A stretch of 64,000 nucleotides of DNA from Azolla caroliniana (lineage: Eukaryota; Plantae; Polypodiophyta), in NCBI GenBank assembly GCA_043228905.1, contig JBHGNT010000002.1, forward strand, positions 310,001-374,000, in the 5' to 3' direction. The notes below the pieces were generated by a model. It had not been told where the DNA came from. It saw only the letters and a program-made list of their open reading frames with translations, and searched no databases. The position numbers and the translations under genes are program-made. Shown here piece by piece: positions 32,190 through 44,062 of the stretch (its first letter is position 1; each line of letters begins with the position of its first letter).

Positions 32190-34544
32190 TATGGCAAGAC
32201 TCGAACCCATGACCTTATGTTGCATGGGCCAAGCTCTTGACCATTAGACTATACATTGTAATACGTAGAATGTTATTTTCATTTATATTTTATTATAGAA
32301 AATTGATGTATATTCCAGATTTCTCTGGAACATTCTAGAAACTTTAGGAGTATTCCTTAGAACACTATAAAAGGAGGCACAAGGCATTATTTCGAACCAA
32401 ATCGGTTCAACGCCAGTCTTAAGCCTCCTAGCTACTGTACATTTTCTTCACATAATATATATCTTTTCTTATCATCACTCTCTCTCTCTCTCTCTCTCAT
32501 CTCTCTCTCCCTCCCTCTCACTCACTCTTTCCTTCTCTTGAGAGTTCTTCACCTCTCTTAGTACTAATACTTCTTTTAGTACTAATTCCTTCTCTGTCTT
32601 AGTACTGTTCCTGACATGCGCGCTAATGGGTGAAATCGAACCTCACGAGGATCAAGCCTTACAAAAGATAGCACGAAAGAAGCAAGTCCAGAATGCTTCG
32701 CTTATCATGGAACTACCGGATCTGAACATGGCCTTAGTCGAGGCATGTCGCAATCTACACCACACTACTCGAGCAGCCAAGGACATGGCCCGACGTATCA
32801 AAACGGTGCATCGGCAAGCCAAACGGGCTACTGACCTATGGCAAGCCGTCGAGGAGAAACTTGCGACACTCACGCAGCAACAAGCGCCCTTAATCCTCCC
32901 TACGCCGAGTGAAGCTGTCTCACCAGCCACTCTTCCGAACCTAAGCCCAAGTGTTGAAGGTACCGTAGCACACAAAGACGACACCGCCCACCCCACGGTA
33001 GCCACGACCGAGGCCAGCACAATGACAGACTCGATACAGGCAAGTGAGCCATTGTCACGGACAGATATCAGCCCGCACCCCCAAACCAGCCACGCCTCGA
33101 CACAAACGCCACCACCTCCGGAAGTCATGGAACGAGCGACACAGACAGACAGGGAGTCCTCGGCACAACTCCAGCAAGCGGCAACCCAGATATGGCCTCC
33201 CCTTAGGGACTACCAGGAGGAGCTTCAAGCCCAGATCGCGTTGGCCGAAATGGCCGAACAGAATCACAACAACATTCTTGGCCAGCAATGAGAACAAGCC
33301 GCGAGCCGCAAAGCGAACCTCAAGTGCTTGCTTGCTGAAAGGTCGGCCGCGCTTGAAGCACGAGAACGAGAGGTGATGACCCTCCAAGTCTCGATCCCTG
33401 AGGCTAAGGAACGGTTCATCAAAGAAACCGAGCAGAATAGCCAACGGGAACAAGAGCTCTTCGCCGACAACCAGGAATTACGTTGTCATCAACGAGCCTT
33501 CCAGGACATGGCCAACAAACATATGCAAAAGTGGAGGATCTCGGAGGAGAAACCAGCGAAAATTTCCGATGCATATCACCAGTTGCAATCCGAGCACATC
33601 GTCGTCAAAGAACAACACCAGGACACCTAGCCACTGGAAAGGGACGAAACTGTAGCACAGTTGACCAACCGTTATGAGCAGACCATCGCGCTCATCACGG
33701 AAAAAGCAAAAGATAATCAAGCTACGTTAGCATTCTTCGCCCGCAAAAGCCAAGCAGAAGCCAAGGCCGCAAGGGAGGCACTAGAAGTTCACCGCGCGAG
33801 CATCGGCATGGACAATACCAAAATCAAAACCCTAATCCATAAGTATGGCCAACAATTCACCACGAAGATCAAAGAAACGCTTGACCATGTTTGGCAGGAG
33901 TGGTCAGCCCAAGCTGCGGACCTACACATACTACGCGCGGATGCCGAGAACCAACAAAAGGAGGGCCGAGGGTTTTACAAGATGGATGTCACCAGCATCT
34001 AGACCCTCCCTGAGGACTTAACAAAAGAATATCATAGCTTGGCAACATCCCACACCGCGGCCATCGAGCAACTCTTGGAGGAATTCAACGACGATCTAGT
34101 GGTGTTTCGTTTAGAAGCCGAAGCGTACGAGGAAGAACAACTCGCTACCAGGAGTCACAGAGCTCCCACAAACACAGAGCAAGGAACCGAGTCACTCCCC
34201 ACGGCAGCTAGACCGGAGGAGTCTGCTCCTACCGACGTCCACATCCCACTGGAGCCACAGACTATAACCCCGACCCTGCCTGCATCGGTCCCAACAAAGG
34301 AGGGCACACACGCCGACACTGCCATCCCCAACTCGGCAACACCACCCCCCATCACCAACCCCACCGGCCGAGTAGCCAACCCAACCCCACGCCCCCGAGG
34401 ATATCCTCGACATATTGGAAGAAGAATACGACCAACCTCTAAGCCCCGTAGGAACGGGCCATTTTTGTAATTCGTGTGGTTTTGTTAAATCCATGGTGAA
34501 CCGTTGGTTCGACGGACAAAGTCCTGTCCCACGGGCGTGCCAAG

Positions 34545-35033
34545 TGTTGTCCATAGTACAAAAATAGAAATTAGTTAAATATAATACATCGGAAGTAAGG
34601 CGAGTAGGTAAGGGAGAATTAGGTAAAACGCCGAGTTTTGAGCCTCACAGTCAGCCGACCGCTCGGTGTTGTATGAAGGAAAAGAAGTATATAAACCGAG
34701 GTCTGCGTACCTCGGCAAGGGGGAGATATGCAGAGCCTAGGGAGGTCGGTTCATAGTTATAAGAGCTTTGTAAGGCTACCGGTTGTGGGTTGTGTTCTTT
34801 TGTAATCATCGCTAACTATTGCAGTAATACATATGTATAGCTCTTGTTGTTTTCATCTATGTGTCGTCGCTTTTAAGGTCTCAACTACATATACAACTTG
34901 GGCTCTATTCTGGGTATGCTCTCCGTGTTCTCCCCCTAACGACACCGCCGTGCACCAATCTTCACGATTACACTTCCCTTGATACCGATAGCTTGTAGGC
35001 ATATCGAAGGTGTTTCCGGCAGAACGGTTAACA
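34545..35033 (+). repeat. Element B 3' LTR
   Basis: Direct repeat of 1202-1637, TG...CA, followed by the TSD. Confidence 0.93.
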
Positions 35034-35038
35034 CTAGG

Positions 35039-37299
35039 TCAACATGATGCCATTTGTCTTGTTCGATGCAGGCAACACATTTCAACAGATGGCAAATTCA
35101 ATATTTGTTGACCTTATCGTTGACGGTACAATGCTCGTATACCTGGATGACATTCTAATTCATACTTCCACATGGCCACAACATATTCAGGTATTACAAT
35201 CAGTTCTACAACGAATACAACAACACAATTTGAAATTACAGTGGAAAAAATGTAGATGGGGTAGCACCCAGCTAAAGTTTTTGGGCTACATAATTTTTGT
35301 CGAAGGCCTATAGATGGACCCAAAGAAGACCGAGGCCGTGACTAATTTTCCTCGACCAACCACAGTCAAGTCCTTGCAACGTTTCTTAGGCATGGCGACT
35401 TTTTCACTCCGATTCATTCCCAATATGGCCACCATGACAGCACCCCTACGACACCTATTGCGAAAAGGCTCCAAGTTTGAATGGTCAGTTGGCTCACCCA
35501 GATTTCTCATGCCCCTTCCTTTTGCAGATAGATGCATCCAATCATGGATTGGGAGCCGTCCTACAACAAACGGATGCAACAAGAGCAGAGCGCCCAATTG
35601 CCTATATAAGTCGATCCCTTACTCCTACAGAAAAGAATTACTCCACAACAGAAAAGGAATGGTTAGCAATCGTATGGGCTTTCACAAAGTTCCATCCCTA
35701 TTTACACGACACCCACGTCAACGTCGAAACAGACCACCAACCCCTAATCCATCTAATTAACAAGCCACACCCACTAAGTCGCCTATTAAGATGGGCAATG
35801 GCTTTACAAGAATATTGGTACACATTACCTTATAAAAAAGGAGTCCAAAATGTGATCGTCGATGGTTTGTCAAGAGTAGAAACACAATGTGTTCAATTCA
35901 ATCCTACACCCGTCAAATTACCCACAACAATGGCCCAAATAGTAGCCCTACAACAAGCCGATGAACAAATACGACAAATCACCCATGACATCCAATCGAC
36001 AACAAGCAAAAAGGTACACACCCATTTCCAATTGCAAAACAATGTCTTATTCTTTATACAAACAGGGAAAGAGCCACGAATCTACATACCACAAAGCTTG
36101 AGGAATTTATATATGCAATTTTTTCACGATCACCCAATGTTTGGCCAACTCGGATTCCACAAGGTGTTGGACAAGATCCGTCTCTGATATTATTGGCCGC
36201 AAATGCGTACAACAATCGCAAGCTTACATCAAACAATGTCACTAATATCAACAAATTAAGCCACCCCATTCCAACGACGGCCTACTCCAGCCTATTACTG
36301 TCTCTGAACCCTTTGAATTAATAGGATGGGATATCATCGACCCTTTTCCCGAATCCCAGGCAAGAAACAAGTATATCTTAGTCATATTTGAATACTTGAT
36401 GCGATGGACCAAAACCGCCGCAATTCCAGATGCACGAACCCTCACCATAGCAACAAAGCTGATGGAGGGGATCATTTTTCCACATGGCTGCCCAGCTTGC
36501 ATCCTATTAGATCAAGGACCGCAATTTAGCGGAGAGGTATTGCAAACATTAGCCACACAATTAGGCATTCAACAGATATTCACCTCCCCATATCATCCCA
36601 GACGAACGGATTGACAGAACGGCTGAACAAGACGATTAAACAACAACTTACCGCATTCATCGACCCACTACGCACAACGTGGGACTTGATCTTACCCTTC
36701 ATCACGCATGTGTATAACACTTCGGTGCAAGCCTCGACTCGAATCAGCCCTTTCAGAGCACTATATGGAAGAGATCCCCGTTTACCCCCCGACATCAAGG
36801 TGGACCTACCCAAAAAAAATACTCGAACCAATGCTATGGATTGGTGGTTGCACTTGCAATAGGTCCAAGTCGGGCGGTAGAGTACGCAACCGGAGCAAAA
36901 GTCCAAGTCTATTTCCCGATCCGGCAACAAGGACTCAGTGAATCAATGATGCATCGATGGATTGGCCCTTTTACGATCATCCGTTCAATGAGGGCCAACA
37001 CCTATTCCCTTCGTCGAGATGCTAATGGACGGATTGCCTATGTGCACGTGATACGGATGAAGCCATATATTCACCAATCCACAACTCAAGCATCACAAGA
37101 GGAAGAAACTCACCATGATGTCCCCTACGAGGATGACTCAGGAAACCCTTCAGTCACAACCAGCCAACATGACGAAGCAGAGCCACCATCGCACACGAGC
37201 AATCGAGATGCCTTCTGCCATGGCAACGCGTCGGATGTAGCTCCCACAACAATGAAGCAGAGGCACCATCAAACACAGTCGACACACTCAGATTTTTAG
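35039..37299 (+). pseudogene. Element A pol remainder (RT-RH-INT)
   Basis: VYLDDILI; QIDASNHGLGAVL..NYSTTEKE..TDHQPL; IGWDII..LDQGPQF..TERLNK; WIGPF; many frameshifts. Confidence 0.88.
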
Positions 37300-37540
37300 A
37301 AGGGGGGAGCTATGGGATCGCGTGGTAAAACCACAAGCCAAAACCCCTCACCTAACCCAAGTAGCTATAACGAGGGTTAGGGGAGTTAGACCTTGGTTTA
37401 GTTAGTTACACTATACTTAGTAAAAGGTTAGTTAGAGGTAAGTAACTAGAAGTGTGCCAAGATAACCGAATGTATCTCGGAAGGTATTACCAAATTGTAT
37501 AAAAGCATTAAGATGGAATGGAAAAAAGGGAGAGAGTTTT

Positions 37541-40500
37541 TGTTAGGAATTTGACGCTTTCAAGACCTTCACCTCTCCCGGCCACAACCGAGGAAACACG
37601 AATCAATGCAGCAGTAAATCGAAAACACAGAGAGAGACTCGAATGCACAGAGTTTAACGTGGAAAACCCTAGACGGGAAAAACCACGGGAGTGCAAGACT
37701 CCAACTATCACTATACGCAGGGAATGTACAATGGCGAGCTGCAAGGCGACGACCTTGAGCTCGCTGTCCTCGCCACAGGCGGCGGTATTACACAGAGGCG
37801 TCGACCTCTTCCTTTCTCTCTCTCTCACACTCTCACTTAGCTCCCTCTAAGTGGAAAACAGAAAATTGAGCAACAACAAAACTGTTTGCCCTAAGTCATA
37901 TTTATACACATATGACTTTCGGGCTATTTACAAACATAGCCTCAAGGGCCCTTGGCAAACATATTCACAAATGTGTCCCCGCATCCGGATCTCTCTCCGG
38001 GTACATTCGTCATCCGGCTCCGTAGCCGGGGTCTTCATCATCCGGATCCGATACCGGGTACTCCTCATTCGGGTCTTCATTCCCGATTCCCGGACATCCG
38101 ACCATCCCATCCGGAGGGACCGTAATCCCAACAAACTCCCCTTTCACTTCGGCATGGGATGTCTTTCCAGTCCGACCCTCTTCCGGCACGCTTCCAGCTT
38201 GTCGGGTGTGAGCACTTTGGTCAGCATATCTGACCCGTTCTCGTCCGTGTGGATCTTCGTCAGCACGAACTCCTGGTCTTCTATCCTTTCCCGGATCCAG
38301 TGATATCTTCGCTGGATGTGCTTCGTCCGGGAGTGATAGGCCGCGTTCTTCGCAAGGTGGATGGCACTCTGACTGTCGCAGTAGAGTCGGTACTCCTCCT
38401 GCCGGATACCAAGCTCTCTAATGAAGTCCTTCATCCATATTATTTCCTTGCCGGCTTCAACAACCGCCATGTACTCCGCCTCCGTGGTTGACAACGCAAC
38501 CGTCTTCTGCAGCCTCGACTGCCACGAAACAGCTCCCCCTGCATACGTCATCACATACCCTGATGTGGACCGGCTGGTATCTGCATCAGCCGACATATCC
38601 GAATCGGTAAAGCCGTCGAGTTCGGGCTTACCGGAGCCGAATCGGAGGCACACGTTTGTCGTGCCCTTCAGGTATCGGAGTATCCACTTGACCGCGTTCC
38701 AGTGCTCTTTGCCGGGATTGCTCATGTACCGGCTCACCAATCCGACTGCATATCCTATGTCCGGTCTTGTACACACCATTGCGTACATCAAGCTTCCGAC
38801 GGCAGAGGCATATGGTACTTTCATCATGTCCTCCTTCTCAGCCTCTGTCTTGGGGCTTTGCTTGCTGGACAACTTGCAGTTTGCCGGGAGGGTTGACCCG
38901 ACCGGTCTTGCTTCCGACATGTTGAACCGGTGAAGCACCTTTGTCACGTACTTCTCCTGTGACAGCCACAACTGCTTCTTCTTCCGGTCCCGGATGATGT
39001 GCATCCCTAGTATTTGCCTCGCCGGACCCAGGTCCTTCATTGAGAAGGTTCGGTGAAGCGCTTTCTTCAGCATCCGTATCTTGACCTGGTCCCGTCCGAC
39101 GATCAACATGTCGTCCACGTACAGGAGGAGTATTAGAAAGTTTCCTCCTTCGAACTTCTTCACAAACACGCAGTGATCGGACTGCGTTTTGTGGTACCCT
39201 TCGTCGGTCATGAAGGAGTCGAACTTCCGGTACCATTGTCGGGGAGCCTGCTTCAGTCCGTAAAGGCTCTTCTTCAACCGGCATACCAGGTGCTCCTTCC
39301 CTTTCTTCTCGAATCCTTCCGGTTGCTGCATGTAGATCTCTTCTTCGAGGTCACCGTGAAGGAATGCCGTCTTCACGTCCATCTGTTCTACCTCGAGGTC
39401 CATGCTTGCCGCTATGCTCAGCACCGTCCGGATGGAGGTCATCTTCACTACCGGGGCAAATATCTCGTCGAAGTCGACGCCCTTCTTCTGCTGGAACCCC
39501 TTCACCACGATCCTGGCTTTGTATCTCGGGGGGTTTCCGGCATCTCCCGGTTTCAGCTTGAACACCCACTTGTTTCGAAGTGCCCGCTTTCCTTTCGGCA
39601 ACTCCACAAGTTCATATGTGTGGTTCTCATGCAGGGAATCCATCTCCTCCTGCATGGCACTTAACCACCTGCGGCTATGGGTGTCAAGCCTTGCTTCTTC
39701 AAAACTCTCTGGCTCCCCTTCGTCGGTTAGCAGCACGTGCTCTGGTTCCGGAAATCTCCGGGGGGCCCTTCTCTCTCTTAGAGGATATCTCCGTTCCGGA
39801 GCTTCGGTAACCGGCTCCTCCGTTTCCTCTTCATCCGAATCCATTTCGGGATCGGGGCCGGTTCCGGTATCAGTTTCATCTTCCTCGGCCGGTTCTGTTT
39901 CTTCACCGTCTTCGGCCGGATCCTCGAGTGCTAACCGGTCCCTTGCCGGTCGGGTCTGCTCCTCGTAGAGTTGATCCTCACTGGTCGACTTGGAGCTCTT
40001 CATCTTCTTCTCCGACTCCCACTCGGCGAGTGTCTTGTCCTCCATGAAGATGATATCGCGACTCCGGAATATCCTTTTGTCGACCGGGTCCCATACACGG
40101 TAGCCAAACTCGTCATCGCCGTAACCGAGGAATATGCATGGCCGGGTCTTTGGATCTAGCTTTCCTCTCCGGTCCTTTGCCACATGCACATATGCGAGAC
40201 ACCCGAACACCTTCAGATGCCGGTAGGATACTTCCCTACCGGTCCACACTCTCTGCGGCGTGTCTCCGTCCAAAGGTACTGAGGGTGATCTGTTTATCAC
40301 GTATGTCGTCGTCGACATTGCCTCAGCCCAAAACCCCTTGGGTAATTTCGCATGCGCCAGCATACTCCGGACCCTCTCCATTATGGTCCGGTTCATCCTC
40401 TCGGCCAGCCCGTTCAGTTCCGGCGTCTTCGGCACAGTAAACTCGAGCCGGATTCCCTTCGAGCGACAATACTCCTCGAACTGCCCTCGGTATTCCCCTC

Positions 40501-42841
40501 CGTTATCCGCTCATATCGCTTTCAGCTTCTTGCCGGATTCCCTTTCCACTCTCGCGTGGAGTTCTTTGAAGACGCACAACACTTGGTCCTTTGTCTTCAA
40601 CGGTGCCGTCCACAGCTTCCGGCTGTGGTCATCAATGAATGTCACGAAGTACTGGGCTCCGCCATGTGACTTCGTTTCTACTTGACACACGTCAGTGTGC
40701 ACCAACTCCAATGGTGCGCTACGTCTCGTCGGTGGCCTTGAGTGGAAGGAGGTTCGGTTCTGCTTACCGGCCAGGCAATCGGTGCACTTATCCAGGTGCA
40801 CATGCTTCACTGGAATAAGGTTGTCTTCTGCAAGCCTCTTCATCCCCTTCTCACTCATGTGGCACAGTCTCTTGTGCCACAGCTCACCGGCAGTGTCGGC
40901 TACCACGTTCAACTCCTCCGGACACAACCAGGCATTCATAAGGTACAGTGTGTTGACTTTCCGGGCCCGAGCCACTATCAGGCTCCCCTTGCTGAACTTC
41001 ATTACGTCGTTCCGGATGCTACCTGTGTAGCCTTCATCGTCTAGCCTCCCGGCCGAAATCAGGTTCAATCGAACCTCCGGAACGTGTCGGACATCCTTCA
41101 GCAACATTTTGCATCCGGTCGAGGTTGTCAACCACACGTCTCCTATGCCGGCAATCCGGCACGTACCTTCATTTCCCATCCGAACACAGCCATGCTCACC
41201 GGCTGTGTAGGATGAGAAGTATCTTCTTTCCGGGGTCAAGTGGAACAACGCTCCGGAATCGACCACCCAGGTAGTCTCATCGCCGGCAATGTTTAGTTCA
41301 CCTTCTTCGGTGATGAGCATGATCTCCTCTTCACTTGCCGCTAGTGCCGTCGTTCCTTTCCGGTCCTGCTCTCGCCGATCCGAACCATTCCGGTCCGTGG
41401 CTCCCCGGTAAGCACCGTTTCGTTCCGAAGACTTCTTCGAATCGGTGTCGTCGGCTCCGTTGTCTTTTCGGTAATGCCGACAATTCTTTCGGAAGTGCCC
41501 CGGCTTCCCACAGTGGAAGCATGTGGGCCTTCCTCTTGACTGCGACCGGGTCCCCGACTTCTCCCGTCTTTGCGGACTCCGGTTCCGTTGTCTTCCCCGA
41601 TCCGATTCGGTAAGCAGCATCTTCGGATCGGAGGCCGGTTCTTTATCTCTCCGACGCGCTTCTTCGTTCAAAATGCTTGTCTTTACCGTTTGTAGGGACA
41701 AGTTATCTTCGGTGCAGGAGGTGCTGAGAGTCACCACCAAGTTCTCCCAGCTTTCCGGCAATGTACACATCAGGATGATGGCTTGCATTGCATCCTCCAA
41801 TGGGAACTTGATCGCCGCAAGCTGGTTCACGAATCCCATGAACGTGCTTACGTGTTCCACCATACTCTCGCCGTCTCGGTACTTGAGGTTCACTATCTTC
41901 CTCATCAGGGAGGTCCGGTTCAACGCATTCTTCCTCTCGTAGAGGCCCGACAGCTTCTGCCACATCTCATATGCGTTGGTGTCGTTCGCCACATGTTGTA
42001 GAACGCTCACGTCGACGTATTGCCGAATGGTTGCAACGGCTTTCCGGTTCAGAAGCCTCCATTCCGTCTCAAGTACCCCCTTGGGTATTTCCGACCTGTC
42101 GATCGGTTCATACAGGTCCCGAACAATGAGCAGATCCTCCATCTTTATCTTCCAGTCGGCGTAGTTCTGCGCATTCAGCACCATCATCACCGGCTGCCCG
42201 CTGCTGCCGCCTTCCATTTTCTGCACTACAGTCGCTCTGATACCAGATTGTTAGGAATTTGACGCTTTCAAGACCTTCACCTCTCCCGGCCACAACCGAG
42301 GAAACACGAATCAATGCAGCAGTAAATCGAAAACACAGAGAGAGACTCGAATGCACAGAGTTTAACGTGGAAAACCCTAGACGGGAAAAACCACGGGAGT
42401 GCAAGACTCCAACTATCACTATACGCAGGGAATGTACAATGGCGAGCTGCAAGGCGACGACCTTGAGCTCGCTGTCCTCGCCACAGGCGGCGGTATTACA
42501 CAGAGGCGTCGACCTCTTCCTTTCTCTCTCTCTCACACTCTCACTTAGCTCCCTCTAAGTGGAAAACAGAAAATTGAGCAACAACAAAAATGTTTGCCCT
42601 AAGTCATATTTATACACATATGACTTTCGGGCTATTTACAAACATAGCCTCAAGGGCCCTTGGCAAACATATTCACAAATGTGTCCCCGCATCCGGATCT
42701 CTCTCCGGGTACATTCGTCATCCGGCTCCGTAGCCGGGGTCTTCATCATCCGGATCCGATACCGGGTACTCCTCATTCGGGTCTTCATTCCCGATTCCCG
42801 GACATCCGACCATCCCATCCGGAGGGACCATAATCCCAACA
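37541..42841 (-). mobile_element. Copia-2: full-length young Ty1/copia inserted in the 3' LTR of element A
   Basis: 593-bp LTRs 37541-38133 and 42249-42841 with two substitutions seen; TSD GTTTT both sides; minus-strand PBS-Met 42234-42245; PPT next to 38134. Confidence 0.98.
38144..42217 (-). pseudogene. Copia-2 Gag-Pol with a single in-frame premature stop
   Basis: ORFs 40511-42226 and 38144-40435 are in the same frame, separated only by TGA at 40511-40513 in KAI*ADNGGEY (expected CGA, Arg). Confidence 0.93.
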
Positions 42842-43109
42842 GTTTTGAGGCATTTTACAATATGTATGCATAGAACGTAATATTCGTGTTCGTGCAAGCA
42901 TTCAAACGTTTGGAAACATTTGGAAACGAACACATTTGAAATGGGAAAAATATGTGCTCCTTTTTGTTTTCATTTTTTTCATTAATTGTCATTACAATTC
43001 AACTCACCCTAGTGCTAAGGAGTTGCGCTATTGTTGTCTATGTCCCAGGTTTGGTTCCCAATTTTCTCATCTCTTTCTCTCTCTCATTAGTACCTACTAC
43101 CATGCCATA

Positions 43110-43570
43110 GCAAAATTTTATGTTAATTTTTTTCTTTTATTTTTTAAATTATTAGAACTAAGCACAACCTAGTGGTAAGTTGTTGTGCTACTATTCCCAA
43201 CTTTCTCATATCCTCTTGTTAGTGTCGTGGCAAAATTTTATGTTAGTGTCACGTTCCTTTTTCTTCTTTTTCTTTCTTTCTTTGTTATTAGAAATTAGCT
43301 TACCCAAGTGGTAAGTTGTTATGCTACTACTACCTATGTCATGGCAAAATTTTATGTTAGTGTCATGTTCCTTTTTCTTCTTTTTCTTTCTTTCATTGTT
43401 ATTAGAAATTAGCTCACCCGAGTGGTAAGTTGTTATGCTACTACTGCCTATGTCATGGCAAAATTTTATGTTAGTGTCATGTTCCTTTTTCTTTCTTTCT
43501 TTCTTTCTTTGTTATTAGAAATTAGGTCACCCTAGTGGTAAGTTATTAGAAATTTTATGCCTATGTCATG
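43110..43570. repeat. AT-rich tandem repeat, about 4 units of 114-120 bp
   Basis: GCAAAATTTTATGTTA recurs at about 43110, 43230, 43344 and 43458, each followed by TTATTAGAA..AGTGGTAAGTT. Confidence 0.85.
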
Positions 43571-44062
43571 TTTTCTTCATATTCTCCAATATACGTTTTA
43601 TGAGTTTTTGAACGTTTGATTATAATTTATAATGACATATTTTGATTCAATCTCTATAGTTCATACTCATTTTTTTGTAAAGTTCTAAAGTGAGGATGAT
43701 AGAGATGTCTTGATTTGCTCCCAAAAGTATGCATGTGATACAATGCAAATATTGCAACCATACTTATGTTGGTGGTTCACAATGGATTAGAGTCCACTTA
43801 TTGGGATTGAAGAGTGAATCAATATATAATATAGACCCTAGTCAATCCAATCCAACTTTGAGATGATTTACCATACACGTTTGATTGAGTCATTCTCGAA
43901 TGCGAATGCACGTATGATTCATTCTATCTATGTATCATGTATGTATGTACATATATATATATATATATATGTATGTATATAAACATATATGTACAAGTTT
44001 CAATAGGTACAGTTTTTATTATGTATGTATGTATGTAGCAGCTTCTTTTTGGTAAGCAGAAG

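Larger units (their letters stand above)
26199..32616 (+). mobile_element. Element D: Tcn1/Tf1-like chromovirus (Ty3/gypsy)
   Basis: LTRs 26199-26638 and 32182-32616 (TGTCATGA...CCTGACA); PPT AAAAGGGGGATAG; decayed TSD CGCGT/TGCGC; no tRNA PBS; C-terminal chromodomain. Confidence 0.95.
24874..34470 (+). pseudogene. Element B extra ORF downstream of pol (24874-26198 + 32622-34470), split by element D
   Basis: Successive + strand ORF fragments; removing D restores ..MIQRALMGEIEP..; globular N-terminal part, Pro-rich linker, long Glu/Gln/Ala-rich helical part. Confidence 0.65.
1202..35033 (+). mobile_element. Element B: non-chromovirus (Athila/Selgy-like) Ty3/gypsy with an extra 3' ORF, degenerate, host to four direct insertions
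   Basis: LTR pair TGTTGTCCATAG...GGTTAACA; TSD CCAGG (1197-1201) / CTAGG (35034-35038); gag-PR-RT-RH-INT order is recovered after removing the nested elements. Confidence 0.92.
1040..42934 (+). mobile_element. Element A: outermost, old, 5'-truncated Ty3/gypsy LTR retrotransposon split by elements B and copia-2
   Basis: RT YPLPRIDDLL..KTAFKTRRGLFQ (1046-1201) resumes at 35039 as VNMMPF..YLDDIL. RH and integrase follow, then PPT AGAAGGGGGGAG (37298-37309) and a probable 3' LTR from 37311. The right end is approximate. Confidence 0.75.

Noticed and set aside
34494-34502. TGGTGAACC resembling the Trp PBS in the element B 3' UTR
   Set aside because: Only 9 nt and not next to an LTR end; compatible with chance.
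43110-43570. Repeat array as a possible CRISPR
   Set aside because: Whole units repeat without unique spacers, the context is eukaryotic and there are no cas genes.
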